A stretch of DNA of 64,000 bases from Eledone cirrhosa (GCA_964016885.1 OZ024741.1:134044001-134108000); one strand, 5' to 3'; positions 11,601-24,700 are shown, counted from the stretch's first letter. Numbers and translations: made by a program. Notes: a model not told the origin generated them from the letters alone.

Positions 11601-12804
11601 TTTGTAAGAAAGAAAATAAGGCGGCGGTCCCCTCCGGGAAGTGGCCATGCGCAGAGTGTAGGAAAGGCGTAGGTAGAAATTCCATTTTGTGTCCCAAATG
11701 CAAAGTTTGGGTGCATAAAAGATGTAGTGGGATCACAGGTAAGCTAACTAAGAACATAGATTTTACATGTGGCCAGTGTTCTGGGAATATAAGTAGCAGC
11801 AAGTGCCCACAAAATACTAGCTCTTTCAACTGCGCAGAGGGTTCTATAGAAATAGTGGACAGCTTCCGTTACCTGGGTGACAAAATCAGCAGTGGGGGAG
11901 GGTGCTCTGAAAGTACAGTAGCTAGAGTCAGAACTGGGTGGAAAAAGTTCAGAGAGCTTATACCACTATTAGCCGCTAAAGGGTTCTCCCTAAAAATGAA
12001 AGGCAGGCTGTACGATGCCTGCATACGAACAGCAATGTTGCATGGCAGTGAGACCTGGGCATTGTGTGCAGAGGATATACGCAGACTAGAGAGAAACGAA
12101 GCTTGCATGCTCCGCTGGATGTGTAATAGTAATATACGTGAACGACAAAGCATAAACGAACTAAGGAAAAAATTAGAAATAAGAGGGATCAGATGTTGTT
12201 TACTAGAGAGAAGGCTACGTTGGTATGGTCACGTGATGCGCATGAAGGATGATAGCTGTATAACAAAGTGCAGGGCAATAAAGATAGACGGTAGCCACGG
12301 AATAGGCAGACCCAGAAAAACCTGGGACGAGTTGATAAACTCCGACCTCACACACTTACACCTCACCAAGACAATGTCACTGGACCGAGACCTTTGGCGG
12401 TACTCAGTAATAGAGAAGACCCGCCTTGCCAGTAGGCATCTCTAACAAAATACACCCCGTCCCACCACCACCACCACCCCCACCCCATCCACACCACCCC
12501 GTTCTATGTAAAGTTATGTTGGTGCCGCGCCATCCAGGCCGAAACAAATGAGATCGTGTAGGTGTCACGACAAAAAAACACACAGTCCACGCTGTAATGT
12601 GGCCGTGTAGGCAACACGGTAAAAACCTCCCAGACCCACACTGTAAATGTGGTTGGTGTTAGGAAGGGCATCCAACTGTAGAAAACCTGCCAGACAGTCC
12701 TATGCGAGCAAGAAAATCACTCTTGCCTCAAGTGGGACTACCCCCGTCCAAACCCATGCAAGCATGGAACACGGACGTTAAACGTTGATGATGATGATGA
12801 TGAT
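8645..12804 (+). mobile_element. Apparently full-length RTE-clade LINE (subfamily A) with ~570-nt 5' leader, single ORF, ~360-nt 3' UTR and (GAT)n tail
   Basis: It splits a copy of a local TTAA-MITE-like repeat (...ATGATGGAAG | ...CACTCTAAAACAAGC), which approximates both ends; tail GATGATGATGATGATGAT. Confidence 0.85.
9212..12445 (+). CDS. RTE ORF: APE endonuclease + reverse transcriptase with inserted PHD finger, 1077 aa, uninterrupted
   Basis: APE motifs TLNVGTL, CIQETRW, GDLNAHVG, VDYIL, SQHRL; RT motifs [41 protein letters not shown]; RTE-type C-terminus [11 protein letters not shown]...GRPRKTW. Confidence 0.95.
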   Translation: MEGLRSSGELKREKSGRSATMPKLKTITPRGRKCEHASLFQPRMANITPSPHLSNPPNAIQNFRFGTLNVGTLKGRSNEVVEMLERKEVDVCCIQETRWRGGSARYIVGRKRCYKLFWVGNDNGLGGVGIMVAEKWADKIIDVNRVNDRIIKIRLVLNRTTVTVISAYAPQSGLPGTIKDRFYETLMLTTSQITDNDYIIIAGDLNAHVGQHCDGYDEIHGGYGFGTRNEEGSRILEFCDANNLTICNTNFKKRDNHLITYRSGEHTSQVDYILTRRRDKVTVVNTKSLPHEECTSQHRLIISDLIVRTRRTRQQKRTILRRKIWKLKDPTAKNKFQSILLDAFDSEEEQLETYKVEEQWEFLKANLLTAADEVCGWSRPVGRRRVTWWWNSKVEGSIKAKKQAWKVWRDGGSREDYQVARREARRQVNFARREAEERKFKHVLQRDDQKREVFRIARQCVKENSDIVGEKCVLNDDGILAITDADKKVAWKCHYERLLNEENKWEKDSLPHIDPIEGPAVLVEGSIISKAIKDMKTGKAAGPSEIVAEMLKASGTVGHTMVTRIVNQVIQNGVVPKDWRSSIIVNCYKGKGDALDRSNYRGIKLIDQVMKVTEKVIAQLIRERIDLDEMQFGFVSGKSTTDALFIVRQLQEKYLAKSKPLYLAFVDLEKAFDRVPRSIIWWALRKLGVDEWLVRAIQAMYKETVSKVRINNEYSEEFSVKVGVHQGSVLSPLLFIIALQAITVEFKTGCPWELLYADDLTLIAESMAELEKKFQTWKHGLESKGLKINLAKTKVLVCKKENKAAVPSGKWPCAECRKGVGRNSILCPKCKVWVHKRCSGITGKLTKNIDFTCGQCSGNISSSKCPQNTSSFNCAEGSIEIVDSFRYLGDKISSGGGCSESTVARVRTGWKKFRELIPLLAAKGFSLKMKGRLYDACIRTAMLHGSETWALCAEDIRRLERNEACMLRWMCNSNIRERQSINELRKKLEIRGIRCCLLERRLRWYGHVMRMKDDSCITKCRAIKIDGSHGIGRPRKTWDELINSDLTHLHLTKTMSLDRDLWRYSVIEKTRLASRHL

Positions 12805-14571
12805 AATCACTCTAAAACAAGCAATTTTGTATCATTAGAACAAGTGGCTATTTCAAGTGGTTTGATATTAAAAAAAAAGTGTGTTTGATACCAACCTGCC
12901 CAAAACTTACTTCTTATTTAAATTAAAATATTCTAACATAATGTTATATAAGAAATACGTGTTAAGCTATTATCTTAGAGATGAAATAATTAATAATTTT
13001 AGTAAATCTTTCAAAATTCTTAATTGATTAATTAAAATAGAGTTAAAGCAGTAAACTGGATGGAAATTGAGATTTTGTGGCACCTGAAACTAAATCTTGT
13101 TAAAATTCGATATTATATTTTTTATTACTTAAAAGTTTTTTTAAAAAATGCTTCTTTATAGAATTATAAGTTGTTTAACCCCATAATTCCTATTAACTCT
13201 TAACATCCTGTACTATATGAAATCACATTAACTTTTAATGCCCTGTACCACATGAAACCACATCAGCAAGAGATCTCAAGAAGTACATGAAGACACTATG
13301 ACTGCATCACATTAAAAATTGAAGTCTGCATTAGTTTATTGTAAAGTTTCACAACAATCTGTTTACTAGTAAAGATACTGTAAAAATTGGAATTAACAGC
13401 AACATTGTTGGAGTATGCAGGCAATTATTATAGCTGGAAGTTCATGAGAATAATTTATATAGGTGGTTGTGCTAGTGACATTACAAAAAGTGCCCAGTCC
13501 ACCCAGTAAGGTGGTCATACTGGTTGACAACAAAATCCATCAAGTCCACCCTGTAAGGTGGTTGTTTTGATGTCACAATGAAAAGCACCCAGTCCACACT
13601 GCAGCGTGGTTGGCATTAGGAAGGGTATCCAGCCATAGAAACCAAGTTAAAATACAGGTCTGTATGAGCATCTCCTGACCTGACTTGTCTCATAACATGA
13701 CAACTCGTCTAACCCATGCAGGCATGGAAAAAATAGATGTTAAACAATGATGATGTAAGAAAATTTAATATTTTACATTAAACATAGCATATATGCTACA
13801 TGGAAAACCAGCATGCAACTTATCTCCTCAACCTACAAAACCTACATGTTGGTACATTGTAAATGGTGGTGCGACTTATACACTTGCTAGTATTTCTTAA
13901 AAATTTCTACAATTATAAATAGCACAATTATGTCAGTTGATACTAAAACCACCGCTACCACCACTATCACTACCACTGGGAGTATTTGGGTTAGAGGATG
14001 TAAACTTGACACACATTTCTCTCATATTTCATTTTTTCCATGAAGTTTGCTATCAACTCTGTGTGTCTAGAGTATCTCTAGAATGGGATCAATGACCTGT
14101 GTACAGCTTCAGAGTGTACATACTGGCTGGACATAAGATCTAGTGACTGAGTAATTTATAATACTAGATTACTAACAACTTGTAATTGACTTTGTTGACT
14201 TACCTGTAACTATTTGGATTATCTATGTCTGTTCCATATGCATATGAACACATATCCATTACAATATCTTGCTTCAAACCTCACTTTCAGCAGTTTATAA
14301 CAAACATCTAAATATATAACACTATTCAGATCTGTGGCAGTATGAAAAATATGTTTACATATTTCAATTTTTATCTCAAATCAAAACTAGATTCAACTTT
14401 ATCTAGTGCTCAGTGTAACATAACTGGTTATTTTTTATAAACCAAATTTATTAAAAACTTTTTAAAACTTGTTATTCATTATACATTGAGCTTCAGATAA
14501 AAAGTAGGATATAGTTTTGATTTGAGATAATAACTGAAATATGTAAACATAAAAAGAAAACATCAAAATAT

Positions 14572-14576
<5 letters not shown>

Positions 14577-14668
<92 letters not shown>
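14577..14668. repeat. (TC)n microsatellite
   Basis: Pure TC run of about 90 bp. Confidence 0.95.
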
Positions 14669-14670
<2 letters not shown>

Positions 14671-15127
14671 GCATGGCCTCAGCCGGATGGCTGGAACAGG
14701 TAAAAGAGTAATATATAATATAGGAAGGGCATCCAGCCGTAGAAAACTTGCCAGACAAAGTGTTGGAAGGACCTTCTAGTCGTGTCAAGGGCATGACAAC
14801 CTTCTTAGTGTTGGTGATTTATATGATAAACACACCTAGTACACATGGTAAAGTGGTTGGTGATAGGAAGGGCATCCAACCATAGAAATTTTGCCAAACA
14901 AAGGGATGGGAGGACCCTCAGTTGCGTCAAAGGCATGACAACCTCTCCTGAGCACTCGATGGAATATAAAACTGTACATAAGCGAGACACAGAGCCCTGG
15001 CTTGCTTGGGAGATAAGTGGCTCCATTTCAGTACAGACTTGGGCTATATAGTCCAGTCCAACCCTTGCTAGCAGGGAAAGCAGATGTTAAAACAACGTTG
15101 GTAATGCTTATATATATATATATATAT

Positions 15128-15664
15128 ATATTGTTATGCTTTGGGAGGGTCATGTTGTCAATAAGAAACACACGCACCAGTTGCTTTCACTTCAATTTAT
15201 TATAAATTTAGGGATTTATAAATTTCCGGTTGGTTGGTTCCACAACCAGACGATTGTTCATATATTGTCAAAGTTCTTTCGTCACACATTCTGTAACCTC
15301 TTTGTTTTTGTGCCTCTCCTTTGTTCTGTCCTACGCCATCTTGTTTTTGTGTGGGTTCACACACAAAAACAAGATGGCGTAGGACAGAACAAAGGAGAGG
15401 CACAAAAACAAAGAAAAGAATCCCCAGTCACTGAAGAGGTCACAGAATGTGTGACGAAAGAACTTTGACAATATATGAACAATCGTCTGGTTGTGGAACC
15501 AACCAACCTACCGGAAATTTATAAATTTAATTTATAATAAATTGAAGTGAAAGCAACTGGTGCGTGTGTTTCTTATTGGCAACATGACCCTCCCAAAGCA
15601 TAACAATATCGGTTTCAACACACGTTTTCAGATAAAGAATCTTGCTAAACAAATTCAGAAACGA

Positions 15665-15665
<1 letters not shown>
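15128..15665 (+). mobile_element. Fold-back PLE terminal-repeat (pLTR) remnant of the family at 49050-50150
   Basis: Arms 15128-~15352 and ~15358-15609 are inverted repeats with a ~50-nt unpaired 3' tail; homologous to the reverse complement of 49078-49390; flanked by (TA)n. Confidence 0.8.
15427..15469 (+). ncRNA. Minimal type-I hammerhead ribozyme motif (family 3)
   Basis: GTCA-CTGAAGA-G-GTCAC(AGAATGT)GTGAC-GAAA-GAAC-TT-TGAC; helix III is very short. Confidence 0.7.
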
Positions 15666-15696
<31 letters not shown>

Positions 15697-15758
15697 AAAG
15701 ACGTAAAATAAGAACATTTTAAAGAATTTTAAAAAATTAACTTACTTACTAAATTTTC

Positions 15759-15840
15759 ACTCCAACTAATTAGTTTCTGCAATGGTATAAAGACAGTTAC
15801 GTAATAAAACTGTCGAGAATTCATTGCGTCATCAGGGAGT
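15759..15840 (-). ncRNA. Type-I hammerhead ribozyme with extended helix II (family 2, copy 1)
   Basis: Minus strand: ACTCC-CTGATGA-C-GCAATG..GACAGTT..AACTGTC..CATTGC-A-GAAA-CTAATTAG-TT-GGAGT; palindromic helix III. Confidence 0.8.
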
Positions 15841-16301
15841 CTATTCTCAGCTAAGTCTCCAGGCAATGCGCGGACACTGGGGACTCATATAAAAATAATA
15901 ATAATTCGGTAGATGGAACAGCTAGCGGGGACTGGATTCCATGTACTGAAAAGCTCGCTGCCTCTGGTCAAATGGCTGATTCTAAAGAATCAATCACATG
16001 ACACTGAGGCTAGTCGGTGGGAGTGGGATGGTAAGATGACAGAAGCCTACTATCACACCAATAAATTAGTAGTGGTTTTGGCAGGTTTGCTCAACAAATA
16101 AGTAATTTGGAGAAAAATATAGAGAATTTAGTATATCTACTAACATATGCGTACAGATGTATGCTAATGCCAGCAAATACACAGGTTATGTCATAGTACC
16201 TAGGTGGTTCAATGCAGGAGGATGCAGAACAATAATATAAAAGACGTAAAATAAGAACATTTTAAAGAATTTTAAAAAATTAACTTACTTACTAAATTTT
16301 C

Positions 16302-16383
16302 ACTCCAACTAATTAGTTTCTGCAATGGTATAAAGACAGTTACGTAATAAAACTGTCGAGAATTCATTGCGTCATCAGGGAGT
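16302..16383 (-). ncRNA. Type-I hammerhead ribozyme (family 2, copy 2)
   Basis: Same sequence as 15759-15840. Confidence 0.8.
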
Positions 16384-16656
16384 CTATTCTCAGCTAAGTC
16401 TCCAGGCAATGCGCGGACACTGGGGACTCATATAAAAATAATAATAATTTGGTAGATGGAACAGCTAGCGGGGACTGGATTCCATGAAAAGCTCGCTGCC
16501 TCTGGTCAAATGGCTGATTCTAAAGAATCAATCACGTGACACTGAGGCTAGTCGGTAGGAGTGGGATGGTAAGATGACAGAAGCCTACTATCACACCAAT
16601 AAATTAGTAGTGGTTTTGGCAGGTTTGCTCAACAAATAAGTAAATGTGTGTGTGTG

Positions 16657-17906
<1,250 letters not shown>

Positions 17907-18769
17907 ATATATATATATATATATATTATATATTTGAAAAAAAGGAAAAGAATAACTTCACTTGTAGTTGGTATTTCCACCAAAGTTAATGAACTTATTA
18001 GATCTACATAGCAAAATTCTAAAATTAAATTGTTTAGAATACCAACTACAAGTGGTAATTCTTTTCCTTTTTTCATATATACCTAACTGTACCAAGGATT
18101 CCTCACATTTTCAAATATATATATATATGTGTTGTGTGTGTTTAAAATACAGTAGTATTTAAAATATTCAAACATCAACTGAGTGAGCACTCAATACTGT
18201 GAGTGTAGAAATTTTGTCTATATGTCCAAGACATTAATATTATTAATATCATTCAAAATATCCTAATATTTAATGTTATTAATGTCTAAGATGATTTATT
18301 AATATCCCTCTTTAGCTAAGCAAGTATACACCCAACCTGGTTGACTTTCCTTTTTACAATCCTAACAGACCCCACTCATTATAGAGAGGTTTATATATTT
18401 TATAAATACATATAGATGACCTTCGTCCTCCCATGTTGGTATATTACTTCTCAACATATATGTGTATATGAAGTTGGGGACTGAAGGTGTGTAAGTGTGT
18501 GGGCCATGAGCTTATGTCGCTACATGTCATCTGCTGCCCACATAAAGCTTGGTACCATTCCCTTAACTAGTGAATAGATGGTAGCCTATGGCTGAGTGCT
18601 GGGGTACAGAGAGACAGACAGACAGAACAAAGTAACAATACATCATCATTTTGTTTGTTGTTCCATGATTTTATGGGTTGGATGGGTCCTTCGCAGTACA
18701 GCATCTTTCCACTTGCCACATTCCTATACAGTGCGTAAAAATGCATGAGTGGCAACAAAACACATTCTC

Positions 18770-19620
18770 TACTTTTCAGGTTTAGGAAAAGAGGACATAT
18801 CTCCCATACCCTTTTCCTCCCACCAGGTTCCGAATTTCAGGGTTACTACTAAGAATATTGGCATAATGAAAGACCAATCAGGAAAGGTTGTGGAGATACT
18901 AGAGTGGAGGCATGTAAATGTGTACAAGAGGTAAGATGCAAAGGAGCCTCAGCCAGACACCTAACAGGCAAAAATAAAACAGTCCTCAGCCCACTTCTGT
19001 TTTTCATTGTCCTTCAAGCCATTATGGAGGAGTTTAAAACTAGCATGCCACGAGAACTTATGTATGCTAATGATCTAGGCCTTATAGCTGAATGTGTGGG
19101 AGAGTTAGAGGCAAAATTCCAGACACGGAAGAAAAACCTTGCATTAAAGGTAAACTTAGCAAAGACTAAAGTCTTAATAACTTGGAAGGGAAGTAGCCTT
19201 GTTGTATGATGCCTGTGTGTCAACTGCAATGTGACATGAGACTTGACTGCAGAAAACCAGCAAAGTCTAGAAAGTAATGAAGCAAATATGCTCCAATCGA
19301 TGTGTAATGTTAGTGTGCATGAATGATAGAGCATAGTTCAGCTGAGAGAAAAACGTGGCATAAGAGGAATTGGATGGAGTATGCAAGAGAGAAGACTCCA
19401 CTGGTATGGACATGTGATGCATGTGGAAGATGACAGCTGTATAAAGAAGTACAGAGCAATCTCAGTGGATGGAATTCATGGAAGAGGCAGACCCAGGAAG
19501 ATATGGGATGAGTTAGTGAGGGCTGACCTAAAATGCTGAACCTCACAACAGAGATGACAAAGGACTGCAAGAATTGACAACATGTTTTGCTGGGGAAGAC
19601 CAGCCTGAAACTTGACCTAA
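18770..19620 (+). pseudogene. Old, degenerate RTE LINE remnant
   Basis: VLSPLLFFIVLQAIMEEFKT...ELMYANDL...[10 protein letters not shown], with stops, frameshifts and deletions. Confidence 0.8.
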
Positions 19621-20650
19621 CACAACCACTATCACCCATTAGTAGCTATCCTCACTATCATTGCACCCCCACACCTTCATACCTCTCCACCACATCTGCC
19701 TCCTTTAGTAACTATTCTTAGCATCCCTGTACACCCTCACTCATACTCTATCCAGAGTAACCCCCCCCCCCCAAAAAAAAAATCTTGATAAACCAGTCAT
19801 AGTCCCCTAGTAGCTGTTACCACTGCAGTACCTCACACATTGATTGAGGTCTCCCATCCACAACCCTCATTCTGTCAAACCCCTCTACACTTGGCACCTG
19901 CCTATGTCATATACTCCATCCTTGTCTGTAGGGTAGAGAAAGCTTTTCAGTTGAGTCAATGACAACCTCTCTAGTGCCTCGATAAATGCACCCAGTAACC
20001 CTGTAAAGTAATTGACAATAAGAAGGACACCCTGCTCTAGAAGCCATGCCAAAATGGTTAGACAGACTCTAGTTGTGTCAGGGGCATGACAACCTCTCTG
20101 GTGATGGTGATTTACACAATAAACACACTTACTACACACTGTGAAGTGGTTCATAATAAGAAGGGCATCCAGCCATAGAAAACCTGCCAAACTAAGGTCT
20201 TGGAAAACTCTTCAGTTGTGTCAAAGACATGACAACTTCGGTGTCACAATAAAATGCACTTAGTAGAGTGTGGGATTGTATGTTGGGCTCCCGGTCCAAC
20301 TGGAGGTTAGGAGCTCCACTTGAATATTGATTGCTATGTGATGACAAATTCAACCCTTGCTAGAGGGAACACTGACTGAATAATGATGATATGTGTAGAG
20401 GAAGACCACGAAAATCATGGGCGGAGGTGGTAAGAGCAGACCTCAGATCGCTGAAGCTCATGGAGATGACAAAGGACCGTGACAAGTGGAGAGATGCTGT
20501 GCTGAATAGGACCAGTCCCACCCTTGCAAGCAGGGAAATGCGGACGTAAAATGCTGATGATATATATATATATATATCATCATCTTCGTTTAACGTCCAT
20601 TTTCCACCCTAGCATGGGTTAGACGATATATATATATATATATATATACA

Positions 20651-20958
20651 CAGTTATCCCCCCGGTATTCACGTGGTTATGTTCCTAGAGCACCCGTGAA
20701 AAGTGCTAAACCATGAATATTGGATGTGGTCCATAAAAATGCCTATAAACGTCAAAACATAACGTAAAATATAGGCCAGCAAATACAGTATATTGTAATT
20801 AATAATTAAGCATTAAAAAGCATTAAAAAGTGTGATAATATATGCCATGAAATAAGCCATAAAAAAAATTGCAGAAGATATTTACGATTCCACGAATATG
20901 CGGTGGTTTCTAGTTAGATTCTAAGGAAAATTCCATGAATGCCGCCGAGGGTACAATA
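20651..20958. mobile_element. Tigger/pogo-like MITE
   Basis: Begins CAGTTATCCCCCCGGTATTCACG; a degenerate inverted counterpart at the right end; embedded in TA runs. Confidence 0.55.
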
Positions 20959-21493
20959 TATATATATATATGATTGTTTCACATCCAGTTTTCAGTGCTG
21001 GCATATATATATTTATATGATGTACACAGATGTATATAAGTATGCACCCACACACACTCACTTAGTTATACAAAGTTGTGTATACCTAAATATGCATTGC
21101 TCACTCATGCATAGACACACACAAACTTTGCTCACTCATGCATAGACACACTTTTTTAATCTACTAATATGTTTACATGAATTCTTAGATTTCCCTTTTA
21201 AGGGTGTATAAATCTGCTAACTTTAGTTGAACATGCCAAATGACCTCCTGTTACTATTGGATGTTATCCAAAAATTAGGAATAGTTAGTTTCGAGTTGAA
21301 CAGTTTCCATTATCTTACTTGCTATTTCTCATCTTCACAGTTAATATTTCTTCTGCTATATCTAACTACTTTACACCTGGCTACACCTTTCTCATTGAGT
21401 AATAGCTACTTCAGTTTTAACTCAATACTAGGATCATATCTTGATTATGGTTATATACACATACACACACACAAACACATCAGCTGTAGAAAC

Positions 21494-21734
21494 TGTGGTT
21501 AGAAAAAGCTATCTCACTTACCGCTTTTCATAGGCGCTGCTAAATTCTACTGCTGGTATCTCCTCTTCCACGTGCGTCCAGCTGCTTAACACCGGGAGTT
21601 GCCAAAACTCACGTCCACACCGTTGCTGGTCACCACTAGAGAGGGCCATCTGCTGGTCCTTCCGGTCGAGCATCCTTCCGGCCAAGCACCCTTCCAGTCG
21701 AGCACTCCCCCGCTTCCGGCCACCGCACGCTACA
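21494..21734 (-). mobile_element. Candidate solo LTR (GC/CpG-rich, 241 bp)
   Basis: TG...CA termini (TGTAGC...AACCACA on minus) and a sharp GC shift; no clear TSD. Confidence 0.35.
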
Positions 21735-24700
21735 CCATAGCCACAGAAACCAATCCAAAATACATACCTGTATAAGCAAGACATGGTCACTTGACCTGAT
21801 TTGTCTCATAATGTGACAACCCGCCTAACCCATGCAAGTGTGGAAAATGGATGTTAAGCGATGATGATCTAAGAAAATTCAATGTTTTACATTAAACATA
21901 GCATATGTGCTACGTGGAAAACCAGCATGCAATTTATCTACTCGACTTACAAAACCTCAATTCAAGATATATATTGGTACATTGTAAATGTTATATGTAA
22001 AATGATGGTGCGACTTATACACTAGCTGGTATTCCTTACTGATACATTTCTACAGTTATAAATAGCACAATTATGTCAGCTGCTAGTACTACTACAACTA
22101 CAGCCACCACTACTACTACCACCAACACTACTGTAGAAACCAAGCCAAAATACAGATCCATATGATCAAGACGTGGTCATTTGATGTAACTTGTCTCATA
22201 ATGTGACAACCCGTCTAACCCATGCAAGCTTGGAAAAATAGATGTTAAATGATAATGATATATATAATTAATAAACTAAAAGAAGGTTTCCATTGATTGA
22301 ATATACATTTAGTATTTTGACTAAATACCAATATTCTCCACTTGAATTTTGTAGTATTTGCAGAAAATCCCCTGCTTTTTCTGAGTTTCAGTAAGTCTTT
22401 TGATTGTCAGCAGCTTCAGACAGTTTCTATCATCAAAGAAAGAAAAACTAAATTTTTTGCCAAATATTTTTTTTTCGTAATAACTTTAATAACATGTCAG
22501 GTCAAGCTTCTGCCTGCTATTGGTACCGTATAACCCAGTACAACCTGCTTTATAGCTGAGTGGTTGGGAACTGACTCCCCCACTAGACCCTCGTTTGGTG
22601 AGGAGATTAAGTAGAACCCCAGCAGTACAAAAAATAAGAGCCAAAGAGTGGCCGAAATCCTCTGAGTCAACAGCCATCGACCCCAACTATGGGTTAAATA
22701 GCTTCACCAACCTGCAATTGCCCAAGTTTGGTGAGTATGTCTACACCACTGACATGACCAAAACCAAATAGAAAGCAGAGAAGGTCAACCAGAGAGGGGT
22801 TCCTCCAACAGGAGTGAGAAGGCCCTGGATTGGATTGGAATAACATTAAATAAGTTTCAATTCAGATTGCTGCTTTTCATATTGAACTTGAATAAAAGTA
22901 AAATTGAAATTGCACTAAATTATGTTAACCATTTTGTTACCATACTTTCTAACGAAAGTCATGGCTTGGGATTTTCAAATAATTTGGAAAATATTCAAGA
23001 ATTTGGAGGGAATTTAGTAATATAAGTAATGTTTTCATTATTAAGTTATGGCCCTTTATGATCTGAGTTCAAATCCCGCCGAGGTTAACTTTGCCCTTCA
23101 TCCTTACGGTGTTGATAAAATAAAACACCAGTAATGCACTGGGGTAATTCCTGGCCTTGTGCCAAAAGTAGAAACAATTATTAAGCTGGCCAAAGTGTTA
23201 GTGCTGGTTCCACGATAAAAAGTATCCTGTCTATACTGTAAATTAGTAGTACAAGTGCCAAGACAAAAAGCACTCAGTTCATCCTGTAAGATGGTAATGC
23301 TGGAGTCAATGAATTGTTTCCAGTATACACTGTAAAGTGGCTAGCATTAGGAAGGGCATCCTACCATAGAAACCAAGCCATAAATGGAGAGTATGAGCAA
23401 AACAGCCACCTGATCAGTTTAGCTTCCGTATGTGGCAACCTATGAAATCCATGCATGGAAAATAAATGTTAAATGGTTCTTATATAAAATGATGATGGAA
23501 ATTGTTTAGATAAATTTAAGCATTTTAAAATATACAGCTTTGTTTCATAGAACCTTTGGGCAGCTTCAGGTGGTTTGGTATCGAAAGATTTTAAACAGTT
23601 TTACATTTTAATGATTTCATTTAGGAAGTAATCACCACTATTAAAATGTTATTGCAACTATATCAACATTATTAGTAATGGGAATCGGTGGATTGGCAGT
23701 ATCGGTAGAGGATCGGACGCCATGCTTTGATGCATAGAGTTACGGCCCTTGCCATTCTGAGTTCAAATCCTGCTGAGGTTAACTTTGCCTTTCATCCTTA
23801 CGGGGTCGATAAAATAAAGTACCGTGCCGAAAGTAGAAACAATTATTAGTAAAATCGATAAAATAAAGTACTTGTGCCGAAAGTAGAAACAATTATTAGT
23901 AATGGGAATCATTTGTGTTGAGACCATACATAAGCAAGATGCAGATCCTTGGCCAGTCTGTGAAATCAGTAGCCCAGTTTCAGCACTGACTTGGTCTATG
24001 TAGATCCAAACAACCCTTGCAAGCAGGGAAAGTGGACATTAAAACAATGATGATAATGATATCAATTGGATAGTCATTAGAGTAGGTGGTGAATTGGCAG
24101 GGATGTTAGAACATCAAATAAAATACTTTGCAGCGTTTAGTCTGGTGCTCTGTGCTCTGAGTTCACACCCTGCCATGGTCAACTTTACCTTTCATCATTT
24201 CAAGATTGATAAAAGAAGTGCCAATCTAGTACTAGGGCCGATTTTTCATCTATCTCTGGAAGAAATTGGATGTGATCAAAGCTGGAGAGGGATGCGCTCC
24301 GACAGGTTTAAATATGTCACTACTATGTCCCTACGACTCCACCATGATTTATGGCCCTATACATATACAGTTGTTAGATAAAATGCCTTATGGTATTTGT
24401 TCTGGCTCTTTGCAATCTGAGTTCAGATACTGTTGAGGTCAATATTGTTTTTCATCCTTTTGGGAGTTATCCAATGAATAAAGTATCAGTCCAGTCTTGA
24501 GGTAAATTCTAGAAGAAATCAGCTATGGTTAGAGGATTGGGCTCTGCCAGCTTTAAATACCTAATAAACACTCTATGTCACCAAGAGCTCTCTATGACGC
24601 CAAGATATTGAGGGCGTGAGTCAAAGCAATATTTATCATCAACATCACCAGCGTTTAACATCTATTTTTTTATGACTGTATGGGTTAGAAGGGCTGTCAT

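Larger units (their letters stand above)
15692..16644 (-). repeat. Non-coding partial tandem repeat, 543-bp period (~1.75 units), one hammerhead per unit; retrozyme-like or non-autonomous PLE
   Basis: 15692-16104 is near-identical to 16235-16644; left end abuts (TA)n. Confidence 0.8.

Noticed and set aside
9331-12153. Antisense ORFs over the LINE coding regions
   Set aside because: Shadow frames of RT ORFs with no recognisable domains
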